DNA of 64,000 nucleotides from Phaeosaccion multiseriatum (Eukaryota; Protista; Ochrophyta, other classes): contig OZ218959.1 in the NCBI GenBank assembly GCA_965112735.1, forward strand, positions 2,232,001 to 2,296,000, given 5' to 3'. This document shows positions 22,406 to 34,541 of this stretch, one piece after another. Position 1 is the first letter of the stretch; every line of letters starts with the position of its first letter. Position numbers and translations under genes: made by a program. The notes under the pieces were generated by a model that searched no databases, had not been told where the DNA came from, and saw nothing but the letters and a program-made list of their open reading frames with translations.

Positions 22406-24998
22406 CATACATACATACATACATACATACATACATACATACATACATACACACAAGTCCAACAACTCCGAGAGAAGAGCTATCTATCCTCCTCCTCCTC
22501 CTCCTCCTGCTCCTCCTGCTCCTCCTCCTGCTCCTCCTGCTCCTTCTCCTCCTCCTCCTCCTCCTCCTCCTCCTCCTCCTCCTCCTCCTCCTCCTCCTCC
22601 TCCTCCTCCTCCTCCTCCTCCTCCTCCTCCTCCTCCTCCTCCTCCTCCTCCTCCTCCTCCTCCTCCTCCTCCTCCTCCTCCTCCTCCTCCTCCTCCTCCT
22701 CCTCCTCCTCCTCCTCCTCCTCCTCCTCCTCCTCCTCCTCCTCCTCCTCCTCCTCCTCCTCCTCCTCCTCCTCCTCCTCCTCCTCCTCCTGCTCCTCCTC
22801 CTCCTCCTCCTCCTCCTCCTCCTCCTCCTCCTCCTCCTCCTCCTCCTCCTGCTGCTCCTCCTCTCCTCCTCCTCCTCCTCCTCCTCCTCCTCCTCCTCCT
22901 CCTCCTCCTCCTCCTCCTCTCTTCCTCCTCCTCCTCCTCCTCCTCTAGCCCATGCATCCAAACTGTATGGGCTTACCTTCCCCCCCCGCTCTGTCCTCAC
23001 CTACCCCCCCGCCCGCTACCTTCAACACACGTCCCTCCCTCCCTCTCCTCCCCTCCCTCCATCCCTCTCTCCCTCCTCCTTCCCTCCTCAACCAACTCCC
23101 TTCCCCACACAGGGGCAGGAACACCCGCCCAGCGAGGCGGTGCCAGCAACCAAGACGAGTGCCACTCACCACCGTTCGACGGCCCCCTCGGGGCCCTCGC
23201 TCTCGCCAAACACCTCCCCGGCAGAGAGGAGCACCGTTACCAACAACAACAACAACAACAACAGCAGCAGCAGCAGCAGCATGGACAGTCTAGTATGGGC
23301 GTGCCCGTTCCCCCAGCGGGGCCAGCAATGGGGACTTGCCTGTCCTGCAAGGCGCCCATCGTACATCCGGATCGGATTGATCTTTGGCCGGGGAGTGCCA
23401 AGGGGGGGGGGTACCAAGTGTGGGCCACGAGTGCGAAGGTGAGGAGGGAGGGGAGGAGGAAGGGCGAGGGCGGAGAGAGAGAAGAGGCGAGGGAGGAAGA
23501 GCGAGGGGTGGAAAGAGAGGGGAGGGAGGGTGGGTGGGTGGGAGGGAGGGAGGGAGGGAGGGAGGGAGGGAGGGAGGGAGGGAGGGAGGGAGGGAGGGAG
23601 GGAGGGAGGGAGGGAGGGAGGGAGGGAGGGAGGGAGGGAGGGAGGGAGAGAGGGAGGGAGGGGGGGAGGGAGGGAGGGAGGGAGGGAGAGAGGAAGGGAG
23701 AGAGAGGGGGAGGGAGGGAGGGAGGGAGGGAGGAAGGGAGAGAGGGGGGAGGGAGGGAGGGAGGGAGGGAGGGAGGGAGGGAGGGGGGGAGCAAGTTTTG
23801 GTGGTAGAGGGAGCCTAGCGAGAAGAGCACACCTCCAAGGGAGGACCTTGCGGGGGGCACCGAGGGGCTTGGGCGTTGGCTCGTAGTGCGTTGGTGAAGC
23901 CCTGCTGCTGCCGTTGTATCACCAACCCCTACTCCTCCACCGCGCCGCCGCGAGGAGAGTGGGAGTGTCGGAGTGTTCAGTGGAGTCTCATCGTGCTCTC
24001 TTCACAACCACCCCCCTCCGCGTATTTCCTTCCTTCCTTCCTTCCTTCCCTCCCTCCCTCCCTCCCTCCCTCCCTCCCTCCCTCCCTCCCTCCCTCCCTC
24101 CCTCCCTCCCTCCCTCCCTCCCTCCCTCCCTCCCTCCCTCCCTCCCTCCCTCCCTCCCTCCCTCCCTCCCTCCCTCCCTCCCTCCCTCCCTCCCTCCCTC
24201 CCTCCCTCCCTCCCTCCCTCCCTCCCTCCCTCCCTCCCTCCCTCCCTCCCTCCCTCCCTCCCTCCCTCCCTCCCTCCCTCCCTCCCTCCCTCCCTCCCTC
24301 CCTCCCTCCCTCCCTCCCTCCCTCCCTCCCTCCCTCCCTCCCTCCCTCCCTCCCTCCCTCCCTCCCTCCCTCCCTCCCTCCCTCCCTCCCTCCCTCCCTC
24401 CCTCCCTCCCTCCCTCCCTCCCTCCCTCCCTCCCTCCCTCCCTCCCTCCCTCCCTCCCTCCCTCCCTCCCTCCCTCCCTCCCTCCCTCCCTCCCTCCCTC
24501 CCTCCCTCCCTCCCTCCCTCCCTCCCTCCCTCCCTCCCTCCCTCCCTCCCTCCCTCCCTCCCTCCCTCCCTCCCTCCCTCCCTCCCTCCCTCCCTCCCTC
24601 CCTCCCTCCCTCCCTCCCTCCCTCCCTCCCTCCCTCCCTACCTCCCTCCCTCCCTCCCTCCCTACCTCCCTCCCTCCCTCCCTCCCTCCCTCCCTCCCTC
24701 CCTCCCTCCCAACCCTCCCCCCACCAAGCAGGGCCCACCATTACGACCCTTACCCTCTGCAGAGAGCCTCTTACCAGAGCTTGAACCCTCTGGTGCCAAC
24801 GGCCGGCACATTATAGGCAGAGACGGAAACCTCTACCTTGCGGCAATGAGCCAGTTGAGCGGAGTGAACTTCTCCCCGAACAGCAGCAGCGGCCTTCTTG
24901 AGAGCACGAGTGTGCAGGAGCTGAAGGGTGCCAACATTCTAAGTCACAACCCACCGCCTGTGGAGCTACTGAACTCGCGACCGTCCACAGCGGGCTAA
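19882..24998 (+). CDS. Coiled-coil protein, QRICH2/C16orf96 (DUF4795)-like, 7 exons
   Basis: Exons 19882-20451, 20890-21069, 21252-21425, 21694-21925, 22179-22313, 23113-23438, 24732-24998, phase-consistent. Long heptad-rich region, repeated KAD motifs (KADESL, KADRRE, KADKKE), CLSC and C-terminal IIGRDGNLY, resembling the CxSCDR...GxDGxxY pattern of DUF4795 proteins. Confidence 0.7.
21950..22045. repeat. 25-bp intronic minisatellite (GGTTTGACCCTCGCTTCTCTTCCTT) x~4
   Basis: Tandem units visible directly. Confidence 0.85.
22487..22944. repeat. (CTC)n intronic microsatellite, ~450 bp
   Basis: Nearly pure CCT repeat. Confidence 0.95.
24028..24710. repeat. (TCCC)n intronic microsatellite, ~680 bp
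   Basis: Nearly pure CCCT repeat; its complement (GGGA)n lies at 23520-23790 in the same intron. Confidence 0.95.
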
Positions 24999-25295
24999 AC
25001 TGAATTGAGGTTGGAGCATTTGGATCAACTGAATGCGTGAACTTTGAATCCACTGAATTAGGAGGAGCTGGAGGAGAAGTCGATTCAGATGCGTTCAAGC
25101 GCAATGCGGGCGCGCTTGGGTTAGCTTGTAGGTACTTGCCTTTTCTGTTGCTTAGTGTGTAGCTTAAACGTATCATCTCTTGTTACTCGTTAATTAAAAA
25201 TATATACTTCGGAGTAATAAATACGAATACTCTTTGCTTATGGATATATTCGCGTGGGTTGGGGCAGTGCAGCTTGCCGAGCCCATTAGCTGCCA

Positions 25296-25327
<32 letters not shown>

Positions 25328-25981
25328 CTGAGCCAGCTCTGAAATCCCTTCAGTTCACACCCCTGACTCTTGCCATTGCCCCCCGTGTGTCGCTCCACGA
25401 CGCACCCCCCCGTCAAGCAAAAACCCAGATGCATCACAAATGGCTGCGCTGCGCTGCTTCGTAAACGGTGAGGTGAGCCCTCTCGCCAGCCCAAAACCCT
25501 TCAACCCTCCTGTGCCCCCGTCCTCTATGGACCAGCTGCCATAGATGAGCTACAAGAGACCAGCAGCGGGCATGCCCGCATGGCATGAGTGGTACTGACT
25601 GGCCTTCCAGAGCTGTGCATCTTGAAGTACGATACTTGTACCATAGACGAGAAGCAAGGGGCAAGATCCGAAAGTCAGAATCCGAGAGGAATCCGAGAGG
25701 AATCCCTCCCATTAAAAGAGCTTCACCACCTCAAGCCCCTCGGGCAGCTGAGAGGGAGGTGTGGTCATCGAGCAAGTAAGCTCCGAAGCTGTTGGATGTA
25801 TACGTCCAGCTCGAGGCTGCGCCGAAGCCCCAAAGGACGGCACGGAGCGCGGAGCGTACTTGATGAAAGCAAAAGCCCGCAGCACACTCGCGCTCTTCAT
25901 CTTCCTCTTCCTCCTCCTGCTCTTGCTCCTGCTCCTCCTCCTCCTCCTCCTCCTGCTGCTGCTGCTGCTCCCTCATGCTGC

Positions 25982-26920
25982 TCAGAGAAACATGACAATG
26001 CACCTGAAAGCGTCTTCATCGGGGAGGTAAGCCGTGAGAGCGAGGACAGACGCGGCCTCGCACTCGCCTTCACTTCCACTCTCCGCTCTTGCGACAGCCG
26101 TGCTAGCAGCAGTTGGTGCTACAGCATCGATGGCGCTCTCTTGCCAAGACGAGGTCCGTGGGCGTGAGAGCTGCTGCCTAGCACCCCCCCTCCCCTCTGC
26201 TGACTCCTCTACTGACGCTGCTACAGCTGCTACCGCGTCTCCTCCCCCCCCCGACGGAAGGTCAGGGTTGTCAGGGTTGGAAGCGAGAATGGGCGATGTG
26301 GTGGAAGCAGCAGCCACAGCAACTGAAGCAGCAGTGGTCCTGTGAATCGCCCGACGCAGGACGACAAGTAAGCCCCTCCGCTGCCATCTCTCTTCTCGCC
26401 GCAGTTCCTTCGCCCTCCCGAGCGCGAGCCGCACCGCATCTGCTGGCAGCTTCAGCCGAGCCACCAACTTGGCCCTGTGTACAGAGGATCCAATGACGTC
26501 ACATGGTAAAAGCTCGTTCGTGGTCCCGCCTTTGGCTCTCTCGTCCGCTCCGTGCCTCAGCAGGAGCTCCACAAGAGCTGGACGTACGAGACCGCACGCC
26601 TGATGCAGAGGTGTAAAGTTTGACGTAGAATTGCGGGCCATGGCGTCGGCTCCTCGCCTCAGCAGGACGGACACCAGTTTGGGGGAGTCTTTGCGTATTG
26701 CAGCTTCTAGTGGGCTTAGACAGCCTGCCTCCTCATCAACCTCTGCGTTGGGGTCTGCCCCGTGATTCAGCAGCTCTTTGACCACGCCCACATGATTGCG
26801 GGTGCACGCCAACGCCAGAGCTGAAAAGCCCCATCTATTGCGCGCATTGGGATCTCCCTCTTCTACCAAGTGCTTCACAAGACGGCAGTCTCCTGCCTCA
26901 GCAGCTTCGTGTAGATCCAT
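25982..26920 (-). CDS. Intronless ankyrin-repeat protein (312 aa) with C-terminal F-box-like motif
   Basis: About 4 ANK repeats (LHEAAEAGD, GFSALALAC...LLNHGADPN, SPLEAAI...LLRRGAD, TPLHQAC...LLRHGAD); C-terminus YLPDEDAFRCIVMFL. Confidence 0.9.
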   Translation of the reverse strand: MDLHEAAEAGDCRLVKHLVEEGDPNARNRWGFSALALACTRNHVGVVKELLNHGADPNAEVDEEAGCLSPLEAAIRKDSPKLVSVLLRRGADAMARNSTSNFTPLHQACGLVRPALVELLLRHGADERAKGGTTNELLPCDVIGSSVHRAKLVARLKLPADAVRLALGRAKELRREERWQRRGLLVVLRRAIHRTTAASVAVAAASTTSPILASNPDNPDLPSGGGGDAVAAVAASVEESAEGRGGARQQLSRPRTSSWQESAIDAVAPTAASTAVARAESGSEGECEAASVLALTAYLPDEDAFRCIVMFL

Positions 26921-26950
26921 GTCTTGGGGGGCCCCCGTGGATCGACGTGG

Positions 26951-26996
26951 CAGCTGCTGCTGCTGCTGCTGTTGCTGCTGTTGCTGCTGCTACTGC

Positions 26997-27027
<31 letters not shown>

Positions 27028-27075
27028 ACTGCTGCTGCTGCTGCTGCTGCTGCCGCTGCTGCTGCTGCCGCTGCT
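26951..27075. repeat. (CTG/CAG)n tract upstream of the ankyrin ATG (probable 5' UTR)
   Basis: Imperfect GCT trinucleotide tract. Confidence 0.85.
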
Positions 27076-27326
27076 GTTTTTATCTTTCGTGATTTTCTCA
27101 AAAAAGTGGCTCTCTTTGACATCGATCGCCCAACCAAGGAAAGGAAGTTCAACAACTGGAACGGAAACTGGATTTCCCAAAATCCGCCTTGCCATTCTCG
27201 ATCCCCAAGGAATGGTATTAATGCAAATAGAGGACACATAGGGTCAACGCGAGGCGGGAGAGAAGGGACTGCCGTGGGGGGGGGGGTCAGGAGGAGCAAG
27301 TGAGCTTGGGAGGGAGGTAGGCAAGG

Positions 27327-28716
27327 ATGCGGGAGCAGCGTTTCGAAGGAGAGGGGCAGGAGGAGGAGGAGGAGGAGGGAGACGAGGAGAACGGGGATGG
27401 GGGGCAGGAGGAGGAGGAGGAGGCACCCGTTGGAGAGGGGGTGAGCCGCGACGACGAGCACGTGGAGGGAGGAGAGGAGGATGATGGGGAGGAGGATGAG
27501 GAGGAGCAGGTGGGTGGGGGAGATGGAGATGATGAGGAGATGGACGAGGAGGAGGGCGATGAGGAGGAGGAGGTATCGGACGAGGGTGATGGGTATCTTC
27601 CAGCTGCAGTTGTTCTACCATCGACCGGCCATGAGAGCAGAAGTAGCAGAGACGAGAGCCCTGTGCAGGGACAAGAATATGCTGAAGACTCTGAGGGTGA
27701 CACCGAGAGCATGAGCAGCGAAGGGTTGCCCGTTGCGCAGGTTATCAGGTGAGGCGAGTGGTCGTTCCGTGTACGTTAGAGTCGAGCGTCTTTCCCAGCT
27801 CTTTTTCTTTGGAACCCCCCCCCCCTCTTTTCTGAGGCGCTCTCTCTTGCCCCCCTTGTTCGGGCTGTGCTCGCTCTCGCTCAGGTCCGGTGTGGAGGAG
27901 GAGGATGAGGAGGAAGAGGAGGAGGAGGAGGATGAGGATGACAGGGAAGATGAGGAAGAGGGGGAGGAGCAAGAGGATCAACAAGACGAAGGGGAGGAGG
28001 GGGGGGACAGCGCTGGCGACGACCTCGCGCAGCGCGTGGATGACGAAGATCAGCGCAGGGAGATGCAAGGGCAAGATGAAGACGAAGATGGAGCAGTCAG
28101 GAGCGGTGAAGACAGGGGCGATTGGGGAGTTTCGGCCGAGCAGCAGGAGGAGGAGGAGGATGGACGGGCAGCAGCAGGGGCGCCAAAGAAGAGGCAAAAG
28201 ACGGCCTTGGAGGGTGGGGAGGAGGCGAGCAGCAGCAGCATGCGAGGCAAGAAGAGGAAGGCAGCCGACGAGAGAGAGGGCGAGGGCGGGCAACAAGGGC
28301 CTGGTACATCTTCTGCTGCCTATGGTGGTGCTCCAGCCTCTGCCGCGGAGTCCGCCAAGAAGGTCAGGAAGGCTGCCGCGGAAGAATCGAAATCGGAATC
28401 GGAATCGGAATTGGCTCGAAGGGGCGGACCCGGGGGACGGCCGCATCATCTCACGCCTCTCGACACGGCCCTACCCCCGCCTGCTCGAGAAGGCCTTGGC
28501 ACTGGCACTGGCACAGGAGGAGGGAGGCGCTGGGCGTCGTCGTCGTCGCCGTCGCCTTCGTCGCGTTTCGGAGATGAGCACCCCTCCCACCAGCAGCAGC
28601 AGCACGACCCGACGCTGGCGACTACCGCTGGCACCAGGTGTGTTGTTTATGCCCCCAACACAACACCATGGAATTTTACTAGTGCCCCCTAGTTGTTGTC
28701 GTTGTTGTTGTTGTGG

Positions 28717-28759
<43 letters not shown>

Positions 28760-31134
28760 CGTTGTTGTTTGTTGTTGCGGTCTTGCTACACCGCTAAGCT
28801 TTTTTCACCTCGGAGGACCCAATCGCCTGTTCTCGTCTCCTTATGTGCCATCCATACCACACACCCTTACCCCCTCTCTCCCGCCCTCCCCCTCTCCCTC
28901 CATCTCTCCCTCCCTGTAATCCGACATGCAAACACACAACACACGCGCACACACACACACACGCACGCACGCCCTTCCAGTCCCTCCGTTGGCCCGAACG
29001 GTCGGATGAGGCCCAGTCCAGGAGAGATCCGAAGGGTGGCCAACGCCGCCAGGAACGCGCTCAATCGGAATTTGGCACACCGTTCCCTCCCCATGCGGTT
29101 GGGTACCGTGCTCCTGATCAGCTTGGGTACCCAATACGAGGAGGCACAAAGGACAGGAAGCCCGCAGGTCGACGACGGTGGCGAGAAGGACCATGGCGAT
29201 ACAGCAACAGGAGCTGGAGCTGGCTCTGTCACTGCCCCTCTGCATCACACGTAGGCAAAGTCCCCTTGCTTCTGGCTGTGGCCTGCCAGCTCGCTTTCCT
29301 TCCTTCCTTCCTTCCTTCCTTCCTTCCTCCCTTCCCCCCTTCCTTCCTTCCTTCCTTCCTCCCTTCCTCCCTTCCTCCCTTCCTCCCTCCCTTCCTTCCT
29401 TCCTTCCTTCCTCCCATAAGATGCTTACTCGTCTTTCCCCCCCTGCAAGCAAATGTGACCCCCCTAACGTCGATACCCCTCCGCCCCTCCCCTCGCCACA
29501 TCACACTCCCGTCCACTGCCACCCCCTCCCCTCACCCTCATCCCATCCACTGCCATCCCCTCGCCACACCACACTCCCGTCCACTGCCACCCCTCCCCTC
29601 CCCCTCATCCCATCCACTGCCATCCCATCCCATCCCCTCCCCTCACCCTCATCCCATCCACTGCCATCCCACACCATCCCCTCCCCTCCCCCTCATCCCA
29701 TCCACTGCCATCCCACCCCATCCCCTCCCCTCCCCCTCATCCCATCCACTGCCATCCCACCCCATCCCCTCCCCTCCCCCTCATCCCATCCACTGCCATC
29801 CCACCCCCTCCCCTCCCCTCCCCCTCATCCCATCCACTGCCATCCCACCCCATCCCCTCCCCTCCCCCTCATCCCATCCACTGCCATCCCATCCCATCCC
29901 CTCCCCTCCCCCTCATCCCATCCACTGCCATCCCACCCCCTCCCCTCCCCCTCATCCCATCCACTGCCATCCCACCGCAGCGCCTCGCACCTGTACCCAG
30001 TGGGTTTCAAGTGCAGCCGCCTAGAGGTGAGCAACTCCTTCCCTTCCGGGACTGGACAGACAAGTCTGAGCCTCACTGACTTACTTACGCTAATTTATTC
30101 TGTTGTGAACTTACTTACTTGATCACTCATCCCTCTTACCTAATAAACTGAAATTGTAGGTGGCGAGGCGCTTCGGATGCGTGGTGAACTGCGTGCTCAC
30201 CGTCTTGTCCGCGTTGAAGGCAGTGAAAGTGGGCCTCTATGGGGCAAGGCAGGCCATGGAGGAGACCTATGGCGTGAGTAGAAGGGGGAGGGGGAGGGGG
30301 AGGGGGAGGAGGGGCGCTCACTACGCACACATACTCACGTATACTTACTCACACACACAACACACTCACACGCACACGCACGCACACCTACACACGCGTA
30401 CTCGCACACATACACACCCAGGTGGGAGGCTTCATCGAACGAGACGTAGTGCTGTTTCAAATTGACGTGGAGGGGCTGGCCAAGGGGGAGCGATTCTTGG
30501 GTACCAACTTGGCCCAAGTGTGGGCAGATGTGCTGGAGTTCATCGGCGCCCAAATATATGACGAGGCTGGCAACCCGGGCGGACGACCACCGGCAATATC
30601 CTGGGGGAAGGAGTATTGGAAGGAGGGGAAGGGAGCCTGGATACGCGGCTTTTGTGGTGCCAAGAGGAGTGAGGGAGGGGAGAAGGAGAAGGGACAGAGT
30701 ACTGAAGGAGGAGAGGGCGGGCGCAAAGATCAAGAAGCAGAGGGAGGGGGAGGGGGAGGGGGAGGAGGAGGAGGGGGAGGAGGAGGAGGAGGTGGCGCAG
30801 AAGGTGGGGCAGTCGGTGTAGAGGGCCATGTGGAACAAGAGGAGGCAGCGGAGGAGGGAGAAAAGGTCGACCCGGAGCTCGAGTACCACGAGCAAAGGGG
30901 GCGAGGAGTGGGGCGCTGGGGCTGGGAGGGAGAGGATGAGGACTTTGGACAGGGACCGAGCCACAGGGAGGTCGAAGACGCCGATGAGGTATAGGACGCG
31001 GCGGCTGTACACGTGGGAGTAACGTAAAACACCACCCTGCTCTTACGTTCGTGAAAACCCCCCTTCCTTTTCCCATCCCCTGTCTCTCTCTCTCCATCTG
31101 TCTGTCTGTCTGTCTGTGTGCCTGTCTGTGTGCC

Positions 31135-31169
<35 letters not shown>

Positions 31170-32037
31170 ACAGTATGCGTTGCGGGCATCGCTGGCCAAG
31201 GTGCTTGAGAAGAGAGCCGCTCTCCGCAAACGCGTCACCAAGAACGCCGACGCGCTCTCGGTAAGCAAGAGACGGTGGTTAACCTCTCCACAGATGGTAC
31301 TAGATGGCGTAGCCATAGCAGAAGCGGCAGTAGTAGTAGCTGCTCTCGTACTGCAGCTCTCTTACTCATTCACATGAGCAAGGAGAGCCCTTTCCCCCCC
31401 TTCCCCCCTTCCCCCCTCTACCTCGACCCACTCCTGTCGGGTCCATGCACACGTGGCGTGTACGGATGCTCACTCACGCACCCACGCCCCTCCCCTCCCC
31501 TCCCCTTCCATCCCACAACCAGGCCACTGGTTATGAGTCTCGTCGCCCCCTTTTCTCCACCGTTGCGGTGGACCGGCACATCGCGATGGGACATCGCATC
31601 GCAGCAGCGAGAAGGGCGTGTGCCACCATCAACACCGTCACGCTCAGCGAGGAGGAGAAGACCGCACATGCTGCTCTTGGGGCAGACGCTCCTGTCATCC
31701 CGCCGGCTGAGTGGGTGGGGGTGGGCAACGGTATACGGCAGGGGCCGCTGAAGGTAAGGAGGGAGGGAGGGAGGGAGGGAGGGAGGGGAGGGAGGGATGG
31801 AGGGAGGGAGGGAGGGAGGGAGGGAGGGAGGGGAGGGAGGAAGGGAGGGAGGGAGGGAGGGAGGGAGGGAGGGGAGGGGAGGGGAGGGGAGGGAGGGGAG
31901 GGAGGGAGGGAGGGAGGGAGGGGAGGGAGGGGAGGGAGGGGAGGGAGGAGAGGGGGTTAGGGGCGGATGGAGGTCTAAAGGGTTTGTGATTGCCTGCCGT
32001 TGTTTGGCGTTTAATCCTCTCCCTTCCTCCCGGCCAC

Positions 32038-32087
<50 letters not shown>

Positions 32088-34494
32088 GCTGCTGCTCTTG
32101 GTGCTCTGCTGGGCTCTCTCCTTGGCAGCCTGCCACGGCGGTGAGCAGGAGGCACTTTACCAACGGGGCCGTGGAGCGCATGATCGAAGGATTGGACGGG
32201 GTAGAGCTGTGCCAGAGGTGCGCCCGGGAGACATGGGGGGAGGGGAGGGAGAGGGCAGGACCCACACCCACCCACATGCACACCCACCCACATCCACACA
32301 CACCCACTTACCCCCTCGTTCACCCACTCACCGTCCCGCTCACCCACCCCCTTGCACGCACCCACCCACCCACCCACACCCGCACCCATACACTCACCCA
32401 CACGCCAGATACGACTTCTGGGAACATCGCGACAACACGTCTTTCCACGGGCCGGACAAGAGAAAGCTGTGGCAGCAAAGGGGTCTGTATGCAGAGGGGT
32501 GTAGCCATGTACCGATAGAGCAGCTCTCTAGGAGCGATCGCAAGGGAGATCCGGATGTGGACCGGAAGGAGAAGGCGTGGGCGGGCCGGAGAAGCCAGGT
32601 GGGTTGGTGGGTGGGTGGATCAGTGGGTTGGTATGGATGGGTGGGTGGATGGATGGATGGGTGGGTGGCTCAGTATCACCATCTGCTGCTGCTGTCTCAC
32701 CATCTGCTTTCGCTGTCCCATCCATCCCAGGCGTTAAAGGAGCACAAGGCGAAGGAGTCAGTGAAGCGGAGGCTGCAGCAGGAGGCGGACAGGCTTACCA
32801 AGAAGCATGAGGTGAGGAGAGAGAGAGGGGGAGAGAGGCAGAAGAAGAGAGAGAACGAGAGAGAGGGAGAGAGAGGGGGAGCTGAGCAAGCACAACGCAC
32901 ACCACGGTCCCCCGAAAGTTGGTTTGTTGCTGGTCCTCTCCCTCTCCTATTTGGCGACTGCGCCGGTCCTGTAGCTCTTTGACTGACACCTCTCTCTCTC
33001 TCTCTCTTCATTACATCTTCCTCTCTCCATTCCTCTCTTACCTCTCTTCATTATATCTTCCTCTCCCCCTCTCTTCCTCCTTTCTTGTTGTCCTTCGTGT
33101 TCATTTTGTCGCTCCAGAGGGCGCAAATGGCCCAATCGCGGCGCGTGGCCCGAGAGGACCAAAGGGTTAAGCGTCTCAACAACAAGATCCTGGAGAGGGT
33201 CGTCAAGGACCAGGTACGGTAACCATAACGGTAACGGTAACGGTAACGGTAACGGTAACCGCTTTGTGAGATGCCCACTTTGCAGGGCAGAGCGCATGGC
33301 ATGGCATTCGCCCATTGGACTTTAACGTTTACTGCGATGCCGTCTTTTAACCCCTCGCTCACTCACTCTCTCACTCACTCACTCACTCAGGCCAAGGAGA
33401 AGGAGAAGGTCGCCAAAGCAATCCGAAAGACGTTAGAGGCCGAGCTCACAAAGCGGCGAGCAGCGGCAAGGCAAATGGTGCAGGTCCTCTCGGATGCGGA
33501 GGAGCTTCATTGCGAGGATCAGACGGAGGCGGACGCGGTTGGAGGGGGGCTCCGGGCTGAGGTGGGGAGGCAGCTCCAACTTCAGCAGGTGCAGCGCAAC
33601 AGCAGCAGTTGTATTGGTGAGCAGCAGCAGCAGCAGGAGGAGGAGGAGGAGCTGAAGGAGGACAACAACAGAATGGAGGTGGAGGAGGGGGATGAGGACC
33701 AAAGGAGGGGAGACTGGCGAGGTGGGGTCAGAAGCAGAGCAGCGAACGCGGCGGTGGCCACGTCGGCGAGAGAAGGAGGAGAAGCAGCAGCTGCAGCAAA
33801 GGTGCAGGCGGACCTACGCGAGCAGGTGTCTGACTTGGGGGCCCTCGGTTTGCAGCTGCCCTGCCTGCCCCGATTAAAGCTGGACAGCAAGCACACGGCC
33901 CTCCTACTGCAGCTCTGGGATTTTGTTCATACTTTCCAAGAGGCGCTTGACTTGGAGGACGCTTCCTCGGGGGATGTACCGAGTCTGCAGCAGCTCAGCG
34001 CAGCACTCGTTCGGGCGCAGGACATGACCTCGCCGCTGCTGCTGCTCGAAGGGCCCGCGAGGGGGGGGGAGGACATCGACGCTGCCGCTGCCTCTACCTC
34101 TACCTCACCTGCCTCGGCTTCTGTACCACCAACTGCTGCTGCTGCTGGTGGTGGTGGTGCTGCTAGGGTGGGGGCGAGAGTGGGAAGAGTCGGTGGTGGC
34201 GGTAGGCTGCCTCGACGGCTCCTTCGGCTGGGCAAGTCCATGACCTCTCAACTCAGCCCTGCTCTCCTTCGAACCCTCGGCTTAAACCTCGAGCAGACTT
34301 GTCCAGAGGTGTTCGACCTCGGCATGCGGTGTGGAGGGATCATGTGTTGGCGAGAGGTGACAAGGATGGCACTCGTGGCCAATGGCTTGAGCGACTTGGG
34401 CTTTGACGAGAAGGAGATGCCCACTCTGCTCAAGGGCTCGCCGTCGGAGGAGGTGGGCAAGACGCTTGCTTTGGTCAGGCGCCGCTTGGAGTTC

Positions 34495-34541
<47 letters not shown>

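Noticed and set aside
22260-24816. Long ORFs of poly-Pro/Ser/Arg/Gly and (PPSL)n/(GGRE)n
   Set aside because: Stop-free translations of intronic CCT and CCCT microsatellites.
25434-26167. ORFs between the coiled-coil gene and the ankyrin gene
   Set aside because: No recognisable domain; partly antisense to the ankyrin CDS.
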